Below, piece by piece: positions 8,730 through 18,400 of a DNA stretch of 57,237 bases. This DNA comes from Patescibacteria group bacterium. GTDB taxonomy: Bacteria > Patescibacteriota > Minisyncoccia > Phycocordibacterales > UBA9973. Within the stretch, counting starts at the first letter, position 1. The number at the start of each line of letters is the position of its first letter. The position numbers and the translations under genes were made by a program. The notes beneath the pieces were generated by a model, which searched no databases, was not told the DNA's origin, and saw nothing but the letters and a program-made list of their open reading frames with translations. Location: NCBI GenBank assembly GCA_038064635.1, contig JBBTSS010000007.1, positions 9,163 through 66,399 of the forward strand, in the 5' to 3' direction.

Positions 8730-9269
8730 ATGTCACCAAAAATTAAAAACATAATACTTTTTGTGGGAATAGGTCTTGTATTGGCTGTTGTTTATTTTGT
8801 GTTTATAAAAAAAGCACCAGAAGAGCCAAACTTACAAACTGTTTCTTCTGGACTTACAACCACAACTACGAATGAGGTTTCTTCAGAACCAAAACAAGAT
8901 TCACAAATAGCAAAGGATTTTCTTGCGCTTTTACTTAGCGTAAAAGGAATTAATCTTGATGATAGTATTTTTGCGAATACTGCTTTTAGTCATTTGCGCG
9001 ATTCAAGTATTTTACTTGTTCAAGATGGAAATGAAGGACGTGCTAATCCTTTTGCTCCTATTGGCACTGACGTTGTTTCGACTCCAGTAACTACTACTGA
9101 CTTGAATGCTAGTGTCTTTGATGCGGGTATAGCGGCATCAGAAGAGCCTGAAATAAAAGCACCAGCTCCTAAAACTACAACTCCAAAAACAAATAGTTCT
9201 GCGGGTTCTTTTTCTCCTAGCTCTTTAAATGAGGTCGTACCACCATCAAATTCGTCTGGTACGAGATAA
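8730..9269 (+). CDS. Membrane-anchored Ser/Thr/Pro-rich protein of the pilus operon, unknown function
   Basis: N-terminal TM segment IILFVGIGLVLAVVYFVF. Tightly packed between the pilO-like gene and pilB. Confidence 0.55.
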   Translation: MSPKIKNIILFVGIGLVLAVVYFVFIKKAPEEPNLQTVSSGLTTTTTNEVSSEPKQDSQIAKDFLALLLSVKGINLDDSIFANTAFSHLRDSSILLVQDGNEGRANPFAPIGTDVVSTPVTTTDLNASVFDAGIAASEEPEIKAPAPKTTTPKTNSSAGSFSPSSLNEVVPPSNSSGTR

Positions 9270-9273
9270 AATT

Positions 9274-11028
9274 ATGAGCTTTTTAGAAGAATTAGTAAAA
9301 AGAAAAATAATAAATTCCGGCCAGATATTGGACATAAAAAATCTTGCACAAGAAAAATACGCAGGGGATGTGGAGGAAGCATTGCTCCAATCAGGCATAA
9401 CGGAAGACCAAATCCTTGAAGTAAAAGGGGAGTATTATAGTATTCCTGTAAAAAGGGTAAATATAAAAGAACTTTCTTTTGATATTTTGAAATATATTCC
9501 AGAAGACTCTGCTCGTTATTATCACTTTGTACCTTTTGCTCTTACTGAGGGTGTATTGGAAGTCGGAGTAACAGATCCTGAAGATATTCAAGGCATGGAT
9601 GCTTTGCAATTTATTTCTGCTAAATTAGGTATACCTTTTAAAATTTTTTTAATTCCTAAAAGTGATTATTTGGAAGTGATGAATAATTATAAGGGTCTTT
9701 CTGTCGAAGTGGAACAAGCTCTAGGTGAATTTGGAGCAGATGAACAAGATTTGAAAGAATTAGGAAAAGACTTAAGTAACTCTGATTTAAATAAAGAATT
9801 AAGCGACGTAAAAATGAAAGACGGAAAGATCGTCGAAGACGCTCCTATCATCAAAATAGTCGCTGTTATTTTACGTAATGCAATAGAAGGAAATGCTTCT
9901 GATATACACGTTGAACATATTGGAGAAAAAGTGAAAGTGCGTTACCGTGTAGACGGAACACTTCATACTACTATCATGCTTCCTACTAATGTTCACAGCG
10001 GTATTGTTGCTCGTGTAAAAATCTTAGCAAAACTTCATTTAGATGAAAAAAGAAAACCACAAGACGGATCTTTCACTACAAATATAGATGGACGCAAAGT
10101 AGACTTCCGTGTCTCTACTATGCCTGGTTATTATGGAGAAAAGATTGCTATTCGTATCTTAGATACTGAGAAAGGAGTTCGAACTTTAGACCAGCTTGGT
10201 CTTTCTCAAACGAATGTTGATATGGTTCGTGAAGCTATAAAAAAACCTTATGGACTTATCCTTGTTACAGGTCCTACTGGAGCCGGAAAATCAACCACCC
10301 TTTATTCAATTATGAATGAATTAGATAAAGAAAAAAGGAATGTTGTTACTCTTGAAGATCCTGTTGAATATAACATGCCAGACGTGAACCAGTCTCAGGT
10401 GATGCCAGAGATAGGGTATACTTTTGCATCAGGACTTCGTTCTATATTGCGTCAAGACCCAGATATTATAATTGTTGGAGAAATACGTGATAAAGAAACA
10501 GCTCAACTTGCTATACAAGCTGCCCTTACTGGACACTTGGTTTTATCAACTTTGCACACGAATAATGCTATCGGTGCTATTCCTCGTCTTGTAGATATGG
10601 GAGTTGATCCTTATCTTATTGCCCCGACTCTTATACTTTCTGTTGCTCAGCGTCTAGCTCGTGCTACCTGTAAGTCGTCAAAGAAACTTGTACCGATGGA
10701 TCCAAGTATTAAACTTCAGATTGAAAACCAGATGGCAGACATACCTCTTGAGTTTAAAAAGAACGTTGTTATAAAAGACGAGATGTACGACACTGTACCT
10801 TCTTCTGAATGTCCATCTGGAACTCGGGGGCGTATTGCTATATTTGAAATGTTTAGAGTTGATAAAGAGATTCAAAATGTTATTTTAAAAAATCCTATTG
10901 AATCTGAGATATATAAAGTTGCTAGAAAAAATGGTATGTTTATGATGAGGGAAGATGCTATGCTAAAGGCAGTAGAGGGTGTTATTCCTTTTAGTGACGT
11001 TTATAATTTTAGTAATGAAAATGAATAG
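9274..11028 (+). CDS. pilB: Type IV pilus assembly ATPase PilB (GspE family)
   Basis: Walker A GPTGAGKST, the Asp/His boxes, and a tetra-Cys-like region (TCKSS...ECPSGTRG). ATG 9274 is preferred over 9229 because it follows the upstream stop. Confidence 0.92.
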   Translation: MSFLEELVKRKIINSGQILDIKNLAQEKYAGDVEEALLQSGITEDQILEVKGEYYSIPVKRVNIKELSFDILKYIPEDSARYYHFVPFALTEGVLEVGVTDPEDIQGMDALQFISAKLGIPFKIFLIPKSDYLEVMNNYKGLSVEVEQALGEFGADEQDLKELGKDLSNSDLNKELSDVKMKDGKIVEDAPIIKIVAVILRNAIEGNASDIHVEHIGEKVKVRYRVDGTLHTTIMLPTNVHSGIVARVKILAKLHLDEKRKPQDGSFTTNIDGRKVDFRVSTMPGYYGEKIAIRILDTEKGVRTLDQLGLSQTNVDMVREAIKKPYGLILVTGPTGAGKSTTLYSIMNELDKEKRNVVTLEDPVEYNMPDVNQSQVMPEIGYTFASGLRSILRQDPDIIIVGEIRDKETAQLAIQAALTGHLVLSTLHTNNAIGAIPRLVDMGVDPYLIAPTLILSVAQRLARATCKSSKKLVPMDPSIKLQIENQMADIPLEFKKNVVIKDEMYDTVPSSECPSGTRGRIAIFEMFRVDKEIQNVILKNPIESEIYKVARKNGMFMMREDAMLKAVEGVIPFSDVYNFSNENE

Positions 11029-11078
11029 TTTATTTTAGGGTCGTTTTGTATTATAATAAGTTTAATTAATTTAAATAT

Positions 11079-11486
11079 ATGGAAGGAGATAAAAAGAAAA
11101 TTTTAATAGTTGATGATGATAGTTTTCTTTTAGATATGTATGCTTTTAAATTCAGTCAAAATAATTTTGAAGTACACACTGTATCAGATGGCTCACAAGC
11201 TTTAGATAAACTAAAAGGGGGATTAGTTCCAAATATTATTTTGATAGATGTTATCATGCCAGGAATGGATGGTTTTGAGGTTTTACAAAAAGTAAATGAA
11301 GAAAATCTTTCTCCAGATTCTATTAAAATAATTCTTTCAAATAAAAGTCAGCAGTCGGATATAGACAGAGGTCATTCATTGGGAGTGAGCGGTTATATCG
11401 TAAAAGCAAACTCGACTCCAGCTGAGGTTATCGACCAAGTGATAGAAATTTTGAATGCAACTCAAAAGATTGTTATTCCACAATAA
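11079..11486 (+). CDS. Stand-alone response-regulator receiver domain (CheY/PilH-like)
   Basis: VDDD acidic pocket, phospho-acceptor D in ILIDVIMPGMDG, and a conserved S and K (ILSNK, GYIVKA). Confidence 0.85.
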   Translation: MEGDKKKILIVDDDSFLLDMYAFKFSQNNFEVHTVSDGSQALDKLKGGLVPNIILIDVIMPGMDGFEVLQKVNEENLSPDSIKIILSNKSQQSDIDRGHSLGVSGYIVKANSTPAEVIDQVIEILNATQKIVIPQ

Positions 11487-11503
11487 TAAAATAATCATAA
11501 TTT

Positions 11504-12562
11504 ATGAATCATAAACAAGAATTAGAAGATCTTATTTTAACAGTGATACGAGAAGGTGGCTCAGACTTGCACATAGGAGCAGGTAGATCACCTGCTATTC
11601 GTGTATCTGGAGAACTTATTTTTTTGGTAAAACACGATCCTTTTAAACCTGAAGATATGGAAGGTCTTTTGAAAATAGTTTTTGATGAGAAGAAGTTTGA
11701 TAAATTTATGGAGTCGCAAGAGATGGACTTTTCTTATGATTTTCGTGGTGAAGCTCGACTTCGAGGTAACGCTTTTTTCCAAAAAGGATTAGTAAATTTA
11801 GTTTTTAGATTAATTCCAAAAGTAAAATCTCTTGGAGAACTTAGACTTCCTCCTGTTATAGCTGAAATTGCTCGGAAGAAACAAGGTTTCTTTTTGGTTG
11901 TAGGTCCAGTAGGTCAAGGTAAGTCTACTACTTTATCTGCAATGATAAATATAATAAACAAAGAACAGACAAAGCATATTGTTACTATTGAAGACCCTAT
12001 TGAGTATATGTACTCAGCGGACAAGTCCATAATCAATCAACGTGAAGTTGGCCTTGATACAAAAGATTTTCATACAGCATTACAATCAGTCTTTCGTGAA
12101 GACGTGAATGTCATATTAATCGGTGAAATGCGTACACCAGAAACTATTTCTACTGCGGTCACAGCGGCTGAGACTGGCCACTTGGTTTTCTCTACTCTTC
12201 ATACAAATAATGCCTCTCAAACAATAGATAGAATTATAGATTCTTTTCCAGCAGGTCAACAAGATCAGATTCGTGTACAACTTGCGTCCAGTTTATTGGG
12301 AATATTTTCTCAAAGACTTGTTCCTCGTATTGCTGGTGGGCTTGTACCTGCTTTTGAGTTGCTGTTAAATAACAACGCAGTATCAAACTTAATACGCGAA
12401 AAAAGAACTCATGAAATAGATGTTGTGATAGAGACAGGTATGGAGTCTGGCATGATCGACTTGAACCACTCACTTTTGGAATTAGTACGTACCGGTGAAA
12501 TATCTATTGAGAATGCTTATCAATACTCACTTAATCCAAAAGGATTAGAAAGAATGTTGTAA
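11504..12562 (+). CDS. pilT: Twitching-motility retraction ATPase PilT
   Basis: 352 aa. Walker A GPVGQGKST, HLVFSTLHTN, and a PilT-type C-terminus. Confidence 0.92.
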   Translation: MNHKQELEDLILTVIREGGSDLHIGAGRSPAIRVSGELIFLVKHDPFKPEDMEGLLKIVFDEKKFDKFMESQEMDFSYDFRGEARLRGNAFFQKGLVNLVFRLIPKVKSLGELRLPPVIAEIARKKQGFFLVVGPVGQGKSTTLSAMINIINKEQTKHIVTIEDPIEYMYSADKSIINQREVGLDTKDFHTALQSVFREDVNVILIGEMRTPETISTAVTAAETGHLVFSTLHTNNASQTIDRIIDSFPAGQQDQIRVQLASSLLGIFSQRLVPRIAGGLVPAFELLLNNNAVSNLIREKRTHEIDVVIETGMESGMIDLNHSLLELVRTGEISIENAYQYSLNPKGLERML

Positions 12563-12568
12563 AAAATT

Positions 12569-13777
12569 ATGTTATTTAAATATAAAGCAGTTGATGACAA
12601 AGGAATAAACAAAGAAGGGGAAATAGATGCTCCTAATAAAGACATTGCTATAAGTGGTCTTCAGAGACGGGGACTTATCATTTTGGCTATAAATGCAAAA
12701 GAAGACACCAAGTCTATTTTTAATAGAACCTTCTCTACAAAAGTACCAATGAAAGATGTAGTTATTCTTTCTCGTCAGATTGCTACACTTTTTGAAGCAC
12801 AAGTCTCTGCTTTGAAGGCTTTCAATATGCTTGCTGCAAATTCTGAAAATAAACTTTTAGGAGAAAAGTTAAATCAAATAGGAGATGATCTGCAAGCAGG
12901 TGTTTCTATTTCCGGGGCACTTTCTCGTCATCCAGATGTTTTTTCTGATTTTTATATAAACATGGTAAAAGCAGGAGAGGAAACAGGAAAGTTGAATCAG
13001 ACCTTTTTACATTTGGCTGAATATTTAGACAGACAGTATGCTTTAACTTCTAAGACCAGAAATGCTCTTATCTATCCGGCATTCGTTATCTTTACTTTTC
13101 TTGTAGTTATGACAGTGATGTTTGTCGTAGTTATACCGAGACTTTCTACTATTTTAAATGAATCCGGACAAGAAGTTCCTTTCTTTACAAAGATAGTCAT
13201 TGGATTTTCAGATTTTTTTGTAAATTATGGTTTCATTTTTGCAATTTCTTTAATTTTGTTTGGTATTTGGGTTTGGAGTCTTTCACGTACAGACAAAGGG
13301 AAAGAGTACATAGACAGAACACGTCTTTCTCTACCTGCTGTTGGTAATTTATATAGAAAACTTTATCTTTCTAGAATTGCAGACAACTTGGATACCATGC
13401 TTGTTTCAGGTATACCTATTGTGCGTTCCATTGATATAACTGCTGATGTTGTTAGTAGCCGTGTGTACAAAGATTTATTAAAAGACGTAGCTGATGGTGT
13501 GAAGTCTGGTCTTGCTTTGTCTGCTTCTTTTCAGAAATATCCAGATCAAATTCCAGGTATCATGGTACAGATGGTGAAAGTAGGAGAGGAGACAGGTTCT
13601 CTTGGTCAGATATTGAAAACATTAGCTGATTTCTATAAACGTGAAGTTGATGATGCAGTAGATACTCTCGTCGGGCTCATAGAACCTATTATGATAGTAG
13701 TACTTGGTCTCGGAGTAGGTATTTTATTGGTTTCTATACTGCTTCCTATTTACAACTTGGCTGGAGGTATAAATTAA
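12569..13777 (+). CDS. pilC: Type IV pilus platform protein PilC (GspF family)
   Basis: 402 aa with a duplicated GspF domain (VKAGEETGKL / VKVGEETGSL) and three TM regions. Confidence 0.92.
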   Translation: MLFKYKAVDDKGINKEGEIDAPNKDIAISGLQRRGLIILAINAKEDTKSIFNRTFSTKVPMKDVVILSRQIATLFEAQVSALKAFNMLAANSENKLLGEKLNQIGDDLQAGVSISGALSRHPDVFSDFYINMVKAGEETGKLNQTFLHLAEYLDRQYALTSKTRNALIYPAFVIFTFLVVMTVMFVVVIPRLSTILNESGQEVPFFTKIVIGFSDFFVNYGFIFAISLILFGIWVWSLSRTDKGKEYIDRTRLSLPAVGNLYRKLYLSRIADNLDTMLVSGIPIVRSIDITADVVSSRVYKDLLKDVADGVKSGLALSASFQKYPDQIPGIMVQMVKVGEETGSLGQILKTLADFYKREVDDAVDTLVGLIEPIMIVVLGLGVGILLVSILLPIYNLAGGIN

Positions 13778-13822
13778 ACCCTCCTGTGGATAACTAGATT
13801 GTACTTGTATTTATTTTGTTTG

Positions 13823-13831
13823 TGATATAAT
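13823..13831 (+). promoter_or_regulatory. Extended -10 promoter (TGATATAAT) for pilin copy 1
   Basis: TGnTATAAT about 107 nt upstream of ATG 13938. Confidence 0.5.
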
Positions 13832-13910
13832 AAAGCTATTAAAAACAAGTCGAAGTTTCTGTTCTCTTAAAAAAAGAACAGAGAAAATTATAAATTATTA
13901 ATAGTCACTT

Positions 13911-13927
13911 GTCTCATTTAATGAGAC
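13911..13927 (+). promoter_or_regulatory. 5' UTR palindrome or hairpin GTCTCAT-TTA-ATGAGAC
   Basis: Perfect 7-bp inverted repeat ending 10 nt before the pilin ATG. Confidence 0.5.
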
Positions 13928-13937
13928 GAAACAAATT

Positions 13938-14471
13938 ATGAAGAAAATTAATTTTAAGAAAGGTTTCACACTTATAGAACTTTTGGTTGTTATCGCTATC
14001 ATCGGTATCTTGGCTTCTGTTGTTCTTGCATCACTTAACACAGCAAGAGCAAAAGGAAATGACGCTTCAATCAAAGCAACTCTAGCTGGTATTCGTGCTC
14101 AAGCTGAAGTTGTATATGATGCAAATGGTTGTTACGCAGACGGTGTTGCTGCAGGTTCTGGTTGTGCTGCAGGTGCAGTTGCTCCAGCTGCTTGTGCTAC
14201 TTCAGGTGCTGGTTTTACAGATACAATCTTTGGAGAAGCGACTGTTGCTTCTCAAATCGCAGCTGCAAAAGCTAACTCTCTAAACACTTTGAACGCTTGT
14301 GCTTCTACTGCTAACCAAGGTGCATGGGCTATCGTAACTCAACTTAAGAGTTCTGGTACAGCTGGATGGTGTGTTGACAGTACAGGAAAATCAAAGCAAG
14401 TTACTTTAGCTACTGCTGACCAAGCTGGTGCTACTGCTGAAGTTAACGCTTCAGGTGCTTGTGTAGAATAG
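13938..14471 (+). CDS. pilA: Type IV major pilin (prepilin with N-methylation motif), copy 1
   Basis: KKGFTLIELLVVIAIIGILA class III signal. Ala/Gly/Cys-rich C-terminal domain containing WCVDSTGKS. Confidence 0.92.
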   Translation: MKKINFKKGFTLIELLVVIAIIGILASVVLASLNTARAKGNDASIKATLAGIRAQAEVVYDANGCYADGVAAGSGCAAGAVAPAACATSGAGFTDTIFGEATVASQIAAAKANSLNTLNACASTANQGAWAIVTQLKSSGTAGWCVDSTGKSKQVTLATADQAGATAEVNASGACVE

Positions 14472-14491
14472 TTGATATTGTTTCTTAAAAC

Positions 14492-14530
14492 AAAACTACT
14501 TCATTGATTTGAGGTAGTTTTTGTTTTTTT
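14492..14530 (+). terminator. Intrinsic terminator after pilin copy 1
   Basis: Stem AAACTACTTCA/TGAGGTAGTTT (one G-U pair) followed by a T-run. Confidence 0.7.
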
Positions 14531-14570
14531 GTAGCAGTATATAAAGAAGATGTGTTTTTTTACTTCGTTA

Positions 14571-14579
14571 TGGTACAAT
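14571..14579 (+). promoter_or_regulatory. Extended -10 promoter (TGGTACAAT) for pilin copy 2
   Basis: TGnTACAAT ends 8 nt before the duplication boundary at 14588. Confidence 0.5.
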
Positions 14580-14616
14580 TTTGTTGTAGAAAATTATAAA
14601 TTATTAATAGTCACTT

Positions 14617-14633
14617 GTCTCATTTAATGAGAC
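14617..14633 (+). promoter_or_regulatory. 5' UTR palindrome GTCTCAT-TTA-ATGAGAC (copy 2)
   Basis: Same element as 13911-13927. Confidence 0.5.
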
Positions 14634-14643
14634 GAAACAAATT

Positions 14644-15177
14644 ATGAAGAAAATTAATTTTAAGAAAGGTTTCACACTTATAGAACTTTTGGTTGTTATC
14701 GCTATCATCGGTATCTTGGCTTCTGTTGTTCTTGCATCACTTAACACAGCAAGAGCAAAAGGAAATGACGCTTCAATCAAAGCAACTCTAGCTGGTATTC
14801 GTGCTCAAGCTGAAGTTGTATATGATGCAAATGGTTGTTACGCAGACGGTGTTGCTGCAGGTTCTGGTTGTGCTGCAGGTGCAGTTGCTCCAGCTGCTTG
14901 TGCTACTTCAGGTGCTGGTTTTACAGATACAATCTTTGGAGAAGCGACTGTTGCTTCTCAAATCGCAGCTGCAAAAGCTAACTCTCTAAACACTTTGAAC
15001 GCTTGTGCTTCTACTGCTAACCAAGGTGCATGGGCTATCGTAACTCAACTTAAGAGTTCTGGTACAGCTGGATGGTGTGTTGACAGTACAGGAAAATCAA
15101 AGCAAGTTACTTTAGCTACTGCTGACCAAGCTGGTGCTACTGCTGAAGTTAACGCTTCAGGTGCTTGTGTAGAATAG
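14644..15177 (+). CDS. pilA: Type IV major pilin, copy 2 (100% identical protein)
   Basis: The translation is identical to 13938-14471. Confidence 0.92.
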   Translation: MKKINFKKGFTLIELLVVIAIIGILASVVLASLNTARAKGNDASIKATLAGIRAQAEVVYDANGCYADGVAAGSGCAAGAVAPAACATSGAGFTDTIFGEATVASQIAAAKANSLNTLNACASTANQGAWAIVTQLKSSGTAGWCVDSTGKSKQVTLATADQAGATAEVNASGACVE

Positions 15178-15192
15178 TATTTATTTTTTAAA

Positions 15193-15229
15193 AAACCACT
15201 TTGAGGTAACTCAGAGTGGTTTTTGTTTT
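15193..15229 (+). terminator. Intrinsic terminator after pilin copy 2
   Basis: Stem AAACCACTTTGAG/CTCAGAGTGGTTT followed by TTTTGTTTT. Confidence 0.75.
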
Positions 15230-15422
15230 GTTATTTTTTTGCTATACTTAATAATGTAGTAATTTATTTATTACAAAAAGTGAAAAATTTTATTAAAATT
15301 TTTACTGTGAGCTATCGTTTAATATTGTTGCCTTAAAAAGGTGTGCGGATTCTGCACATCTTTTTTGTTTTTATAGTAGTTCTTTTCATTATCAATATTA
15401 TTAATTTTTATAAAATACGAGT

Positions 15423-18400
15423 ATGCAAAAAGTATCAAGTCTTAAGTTTTTGTTAAGTTTCTTTGTGTTTTTTGTTTTTATGTTTTTCGCTAATAATGCG
15501 AATGCAAATATTATTTATTCTCAGTTAGATGATAGTGTAGAAATACCAAATTCAAGTATTGGTGCTTCTCCAGATGCTTCTTTTACGGAAGTAGCAGGAC
15601 ATATAAAAAATCTAAAGTTTGCTTACCATGATTATGGTAATGGCCCGGGCCATTTTATTGGTGTAGCTGTTGTGGATTTAGATGCAGGTATTAGTTATTA
15701 TGCTCACAAAATAGGAACGCCTAATGGCTGTGGATCTTCTTATGAATCAACAGGCTTAAATGCAAAAACGATTGTTGAATTCGACGAGACTTATGAATAC
15801 AAAGCATATCCATGTACGGGATCAAACCTTGTTTTAGATTCAACTCATAAATATGGAATAACCATGTTTAGAAATTCAGGCGGTGCAGATACTCAAAGAT
15901 TTTATGGTTCTAGTACCAACACAAAAGATTTGTATTGGTACGTAGAAAATGATAGTAATTTTCATGACGCTCAAAATTCAGTAACTTCTTTTGTGTTATC
16001 AAATTTTAACCCTTCCGTAGTCGGAGTAGTAGACGAACCTTCTCGTACTATAAATATAGCAGTTCCTTTTGGTCAAGATATTTCAAGTATTACACCAGAC
16101 GTTGTTGTATCAGATGGAGCTACTTATAGTCCAAGTGGGGCGCAAAATTTTAATTTACCTGTTACTTATACTGTAACTGCCGTAGATGGTGCTATTAAAA
16201 AATATAAGGTTAAAGTTACTATAAATTGTGCTGTTGGTTGTATTGAATCTGCTGCCTATAATCAAGTTGATGATTCAGTTGAAATTAATCAATCTTCTAT
16301 AAGTGCTTTCAATACTTTTACAGGATACTCCGGTAGTGTTGCAGATTTAAAATTCTCTTACCATGATCATGGTAATAGTGCGGGGCATTTTATTGCTGTT
16401 TCTATTGTTGATTTCACTGCAGGTGTTAGTTATTATGCTGTAACAGGAAATACAGGCTGTGGTAATTCTTATCAATCAAAAGGATTAAATGCTAAGACTG
16501 TTGTAGATTTTGATTCTTCTACTAAATATAAAGCATATCCATGTACTGGGGATAATCTAGTTTTAGATGAGACCCATACCTATGGAGTAACCATGTTTAG
16601 AAATTCAGGCGGTGCAGATACTCAAAGATTTTATGGTTCTAGTGATTCAAATAATGATGTTTCTTTGCAAATAAAGACACATAAAGTCTCTCCTGATTTT
16701 ACTAAGCCAGAAACATTACCAACTCTTGTTGGAATGTTAGGTACAAATGATTGGCATACTTCTGATGTAACATTATCTTTCACTGCTACTGACGATTTAT
16801 CTGGAGTTTTGAATACTAAGTACTCATTAGACAATGGTATTACTTGGAATATCTACGTAAGTCCAGTCGTCTTTTCAAATGAAGGTACTCATGTGGTGAA
16901 ATATAAATCTGAAGATTTATTAGGTAATGTTGAAGATGAACAAACAGTAGAAATAAAAATAGATAAGACAGCTCCAAATACGACGCACGACATTGTGGGT
17001 ACACAAGGTGAAAATAATTGGTATGTATCTAATGTTGATTTTTCTTTAAATCCTATTGACACAACCTCTGAAGTGTTTGAAATACTTTATTCTCTTGATC
17101 AGGGTATAACTTGGCTTCCGTATTCTGTTGCTTTATCTTTAGTTGATGGAGATAATGCTGTTTTATATAAATCAGTAGATTTTGCTGGGAATGAAGAAGT
17201 TGTTCACTCTATCAATGTAAAAGTAGATACAGTAAGTCCAATATCTACTCCAGTGGTAGCTGGAGAAGAAGGCATGAATGGTTGGCTTACTTCTAGTGCT
17301 GTACTAGACTTTACTGCAACAGATGACACTTCTCTTGTTTCTACAATAGAGTATTCAGTGAATAATGGCCCATGGGAAATTTACAGCACTCAACTATCTT
17401 TTAATACTGGTACTTATGTTATTAAATACAAAGCAAAAGATAATGCAGGTAATATAGAAGATGAGCAAACTATAACTACAAGCGTAGATAGTAATGCGCC
17501 AGTTACTACAATAAATGTAAATGGTACTTTAGGCACAGAAGATTGGTATGTTTCTGCTACTAATTTTGAATTTAGTGCAGTTAGCGAACCTTCAGGTATT
17601 TTAAAGACAGAGTATTCACTTGATGGGGGAGTTACTTGGAATTTATTCAACGGTAGTCCTGTTTTGTTGTCTGAAGGCATTGATGTCGTGTCTTATAAAT
17701 CTACAAATAACGCAGGTGTAGTTGAACAAGTTCGAAATACTACAATAAAAGTAGATTTAACAAATCCAAATACAACTCACACTGTTTCTGGTACATCTGG
17801 AACGAACGGTTGGTATACATCTGACACTACTTTATCTTTAAACGCAACTGACGCTGGTTCTGGAATTTTAAGGACTGAATATTCAGTAGATGAAGGAATG
17901 ACTTGGAATGAATATATTAACCCGATAGTTTTTAATGAAAATTTAGTTCAGAATGTTTTATATAAATCTACTGACAGTGCAGGAAACATAGAAATTGAGA
18001 AAACATTTTCTATGAAAATAGATAAAACAGCCCCTGAAGCAAAGATTGTGTTTGATCCAAATACTAAAGATCTTTCAGTCGTGGGGATAGATGCAGATTC
18101 TAATACAACTATCGTACTGACAGCTACTTCAGCTCTTGTGACAAATGAGGCAGGAAGAACAGTAGAAGTTAAGTTTTCAAAGTTTGTAGGTACGGATAAA
18201 AAAATAAAATTGGAGATTAGTGAACTTAAATACAATGGGATTTCTAATGGAGTTTTCACTAAAAAAGTTACTTTAAGATATCAATGGCAGTTAAACAGTA
18301 GTGGTCAAATAAAACAACTCACAGAAAAAGCTGTCGTAGGTAAAGATAAAGTAACAGGTAATTACAAATTGAATCCACATGACGCGACTAAAATCGTGAA

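Larger units (their letters stand above)
13882..14472 (+). repeat. Tandem duplication unit 1 (591 bp: pilin 5' UTR plus CDS)
   Basis: Reads identically to 14588-15178 (offset 706 nt). Identity starts at AGAAAATTATAAATT and ends one base after the stop codon. Confidence 0.9.
14588..15178 (+). repeat. Tandem duplication unit 2 (591 bp)
   Basis: Identical to 13882-14472. Confidence 0.9.

Noticed and set aside
13786-13794. A perfect DnaA-box 9-mer TGTGGATAA between pilC and the pilin gene. A near-match, TTATCACAA, lies upstream of gyrB (about 40281).
   Set aside because: These are single isolated boxes, expected by chance in 57 kb on two strands. There is no cluster, no AT-rich unwinding element context and no dnaA/dnaN nearby, so this is not an origin.
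14095-14283. A 62-aa Leu/Gln/Val-rich ORF in an alternative frame of the pilin gene, duplicated at 14801-14989.
   Set aside because: It is a shadow of GCT/GGT-rich pilin codons. Its low-complexity product lies fully inside a confidently identified CDS.
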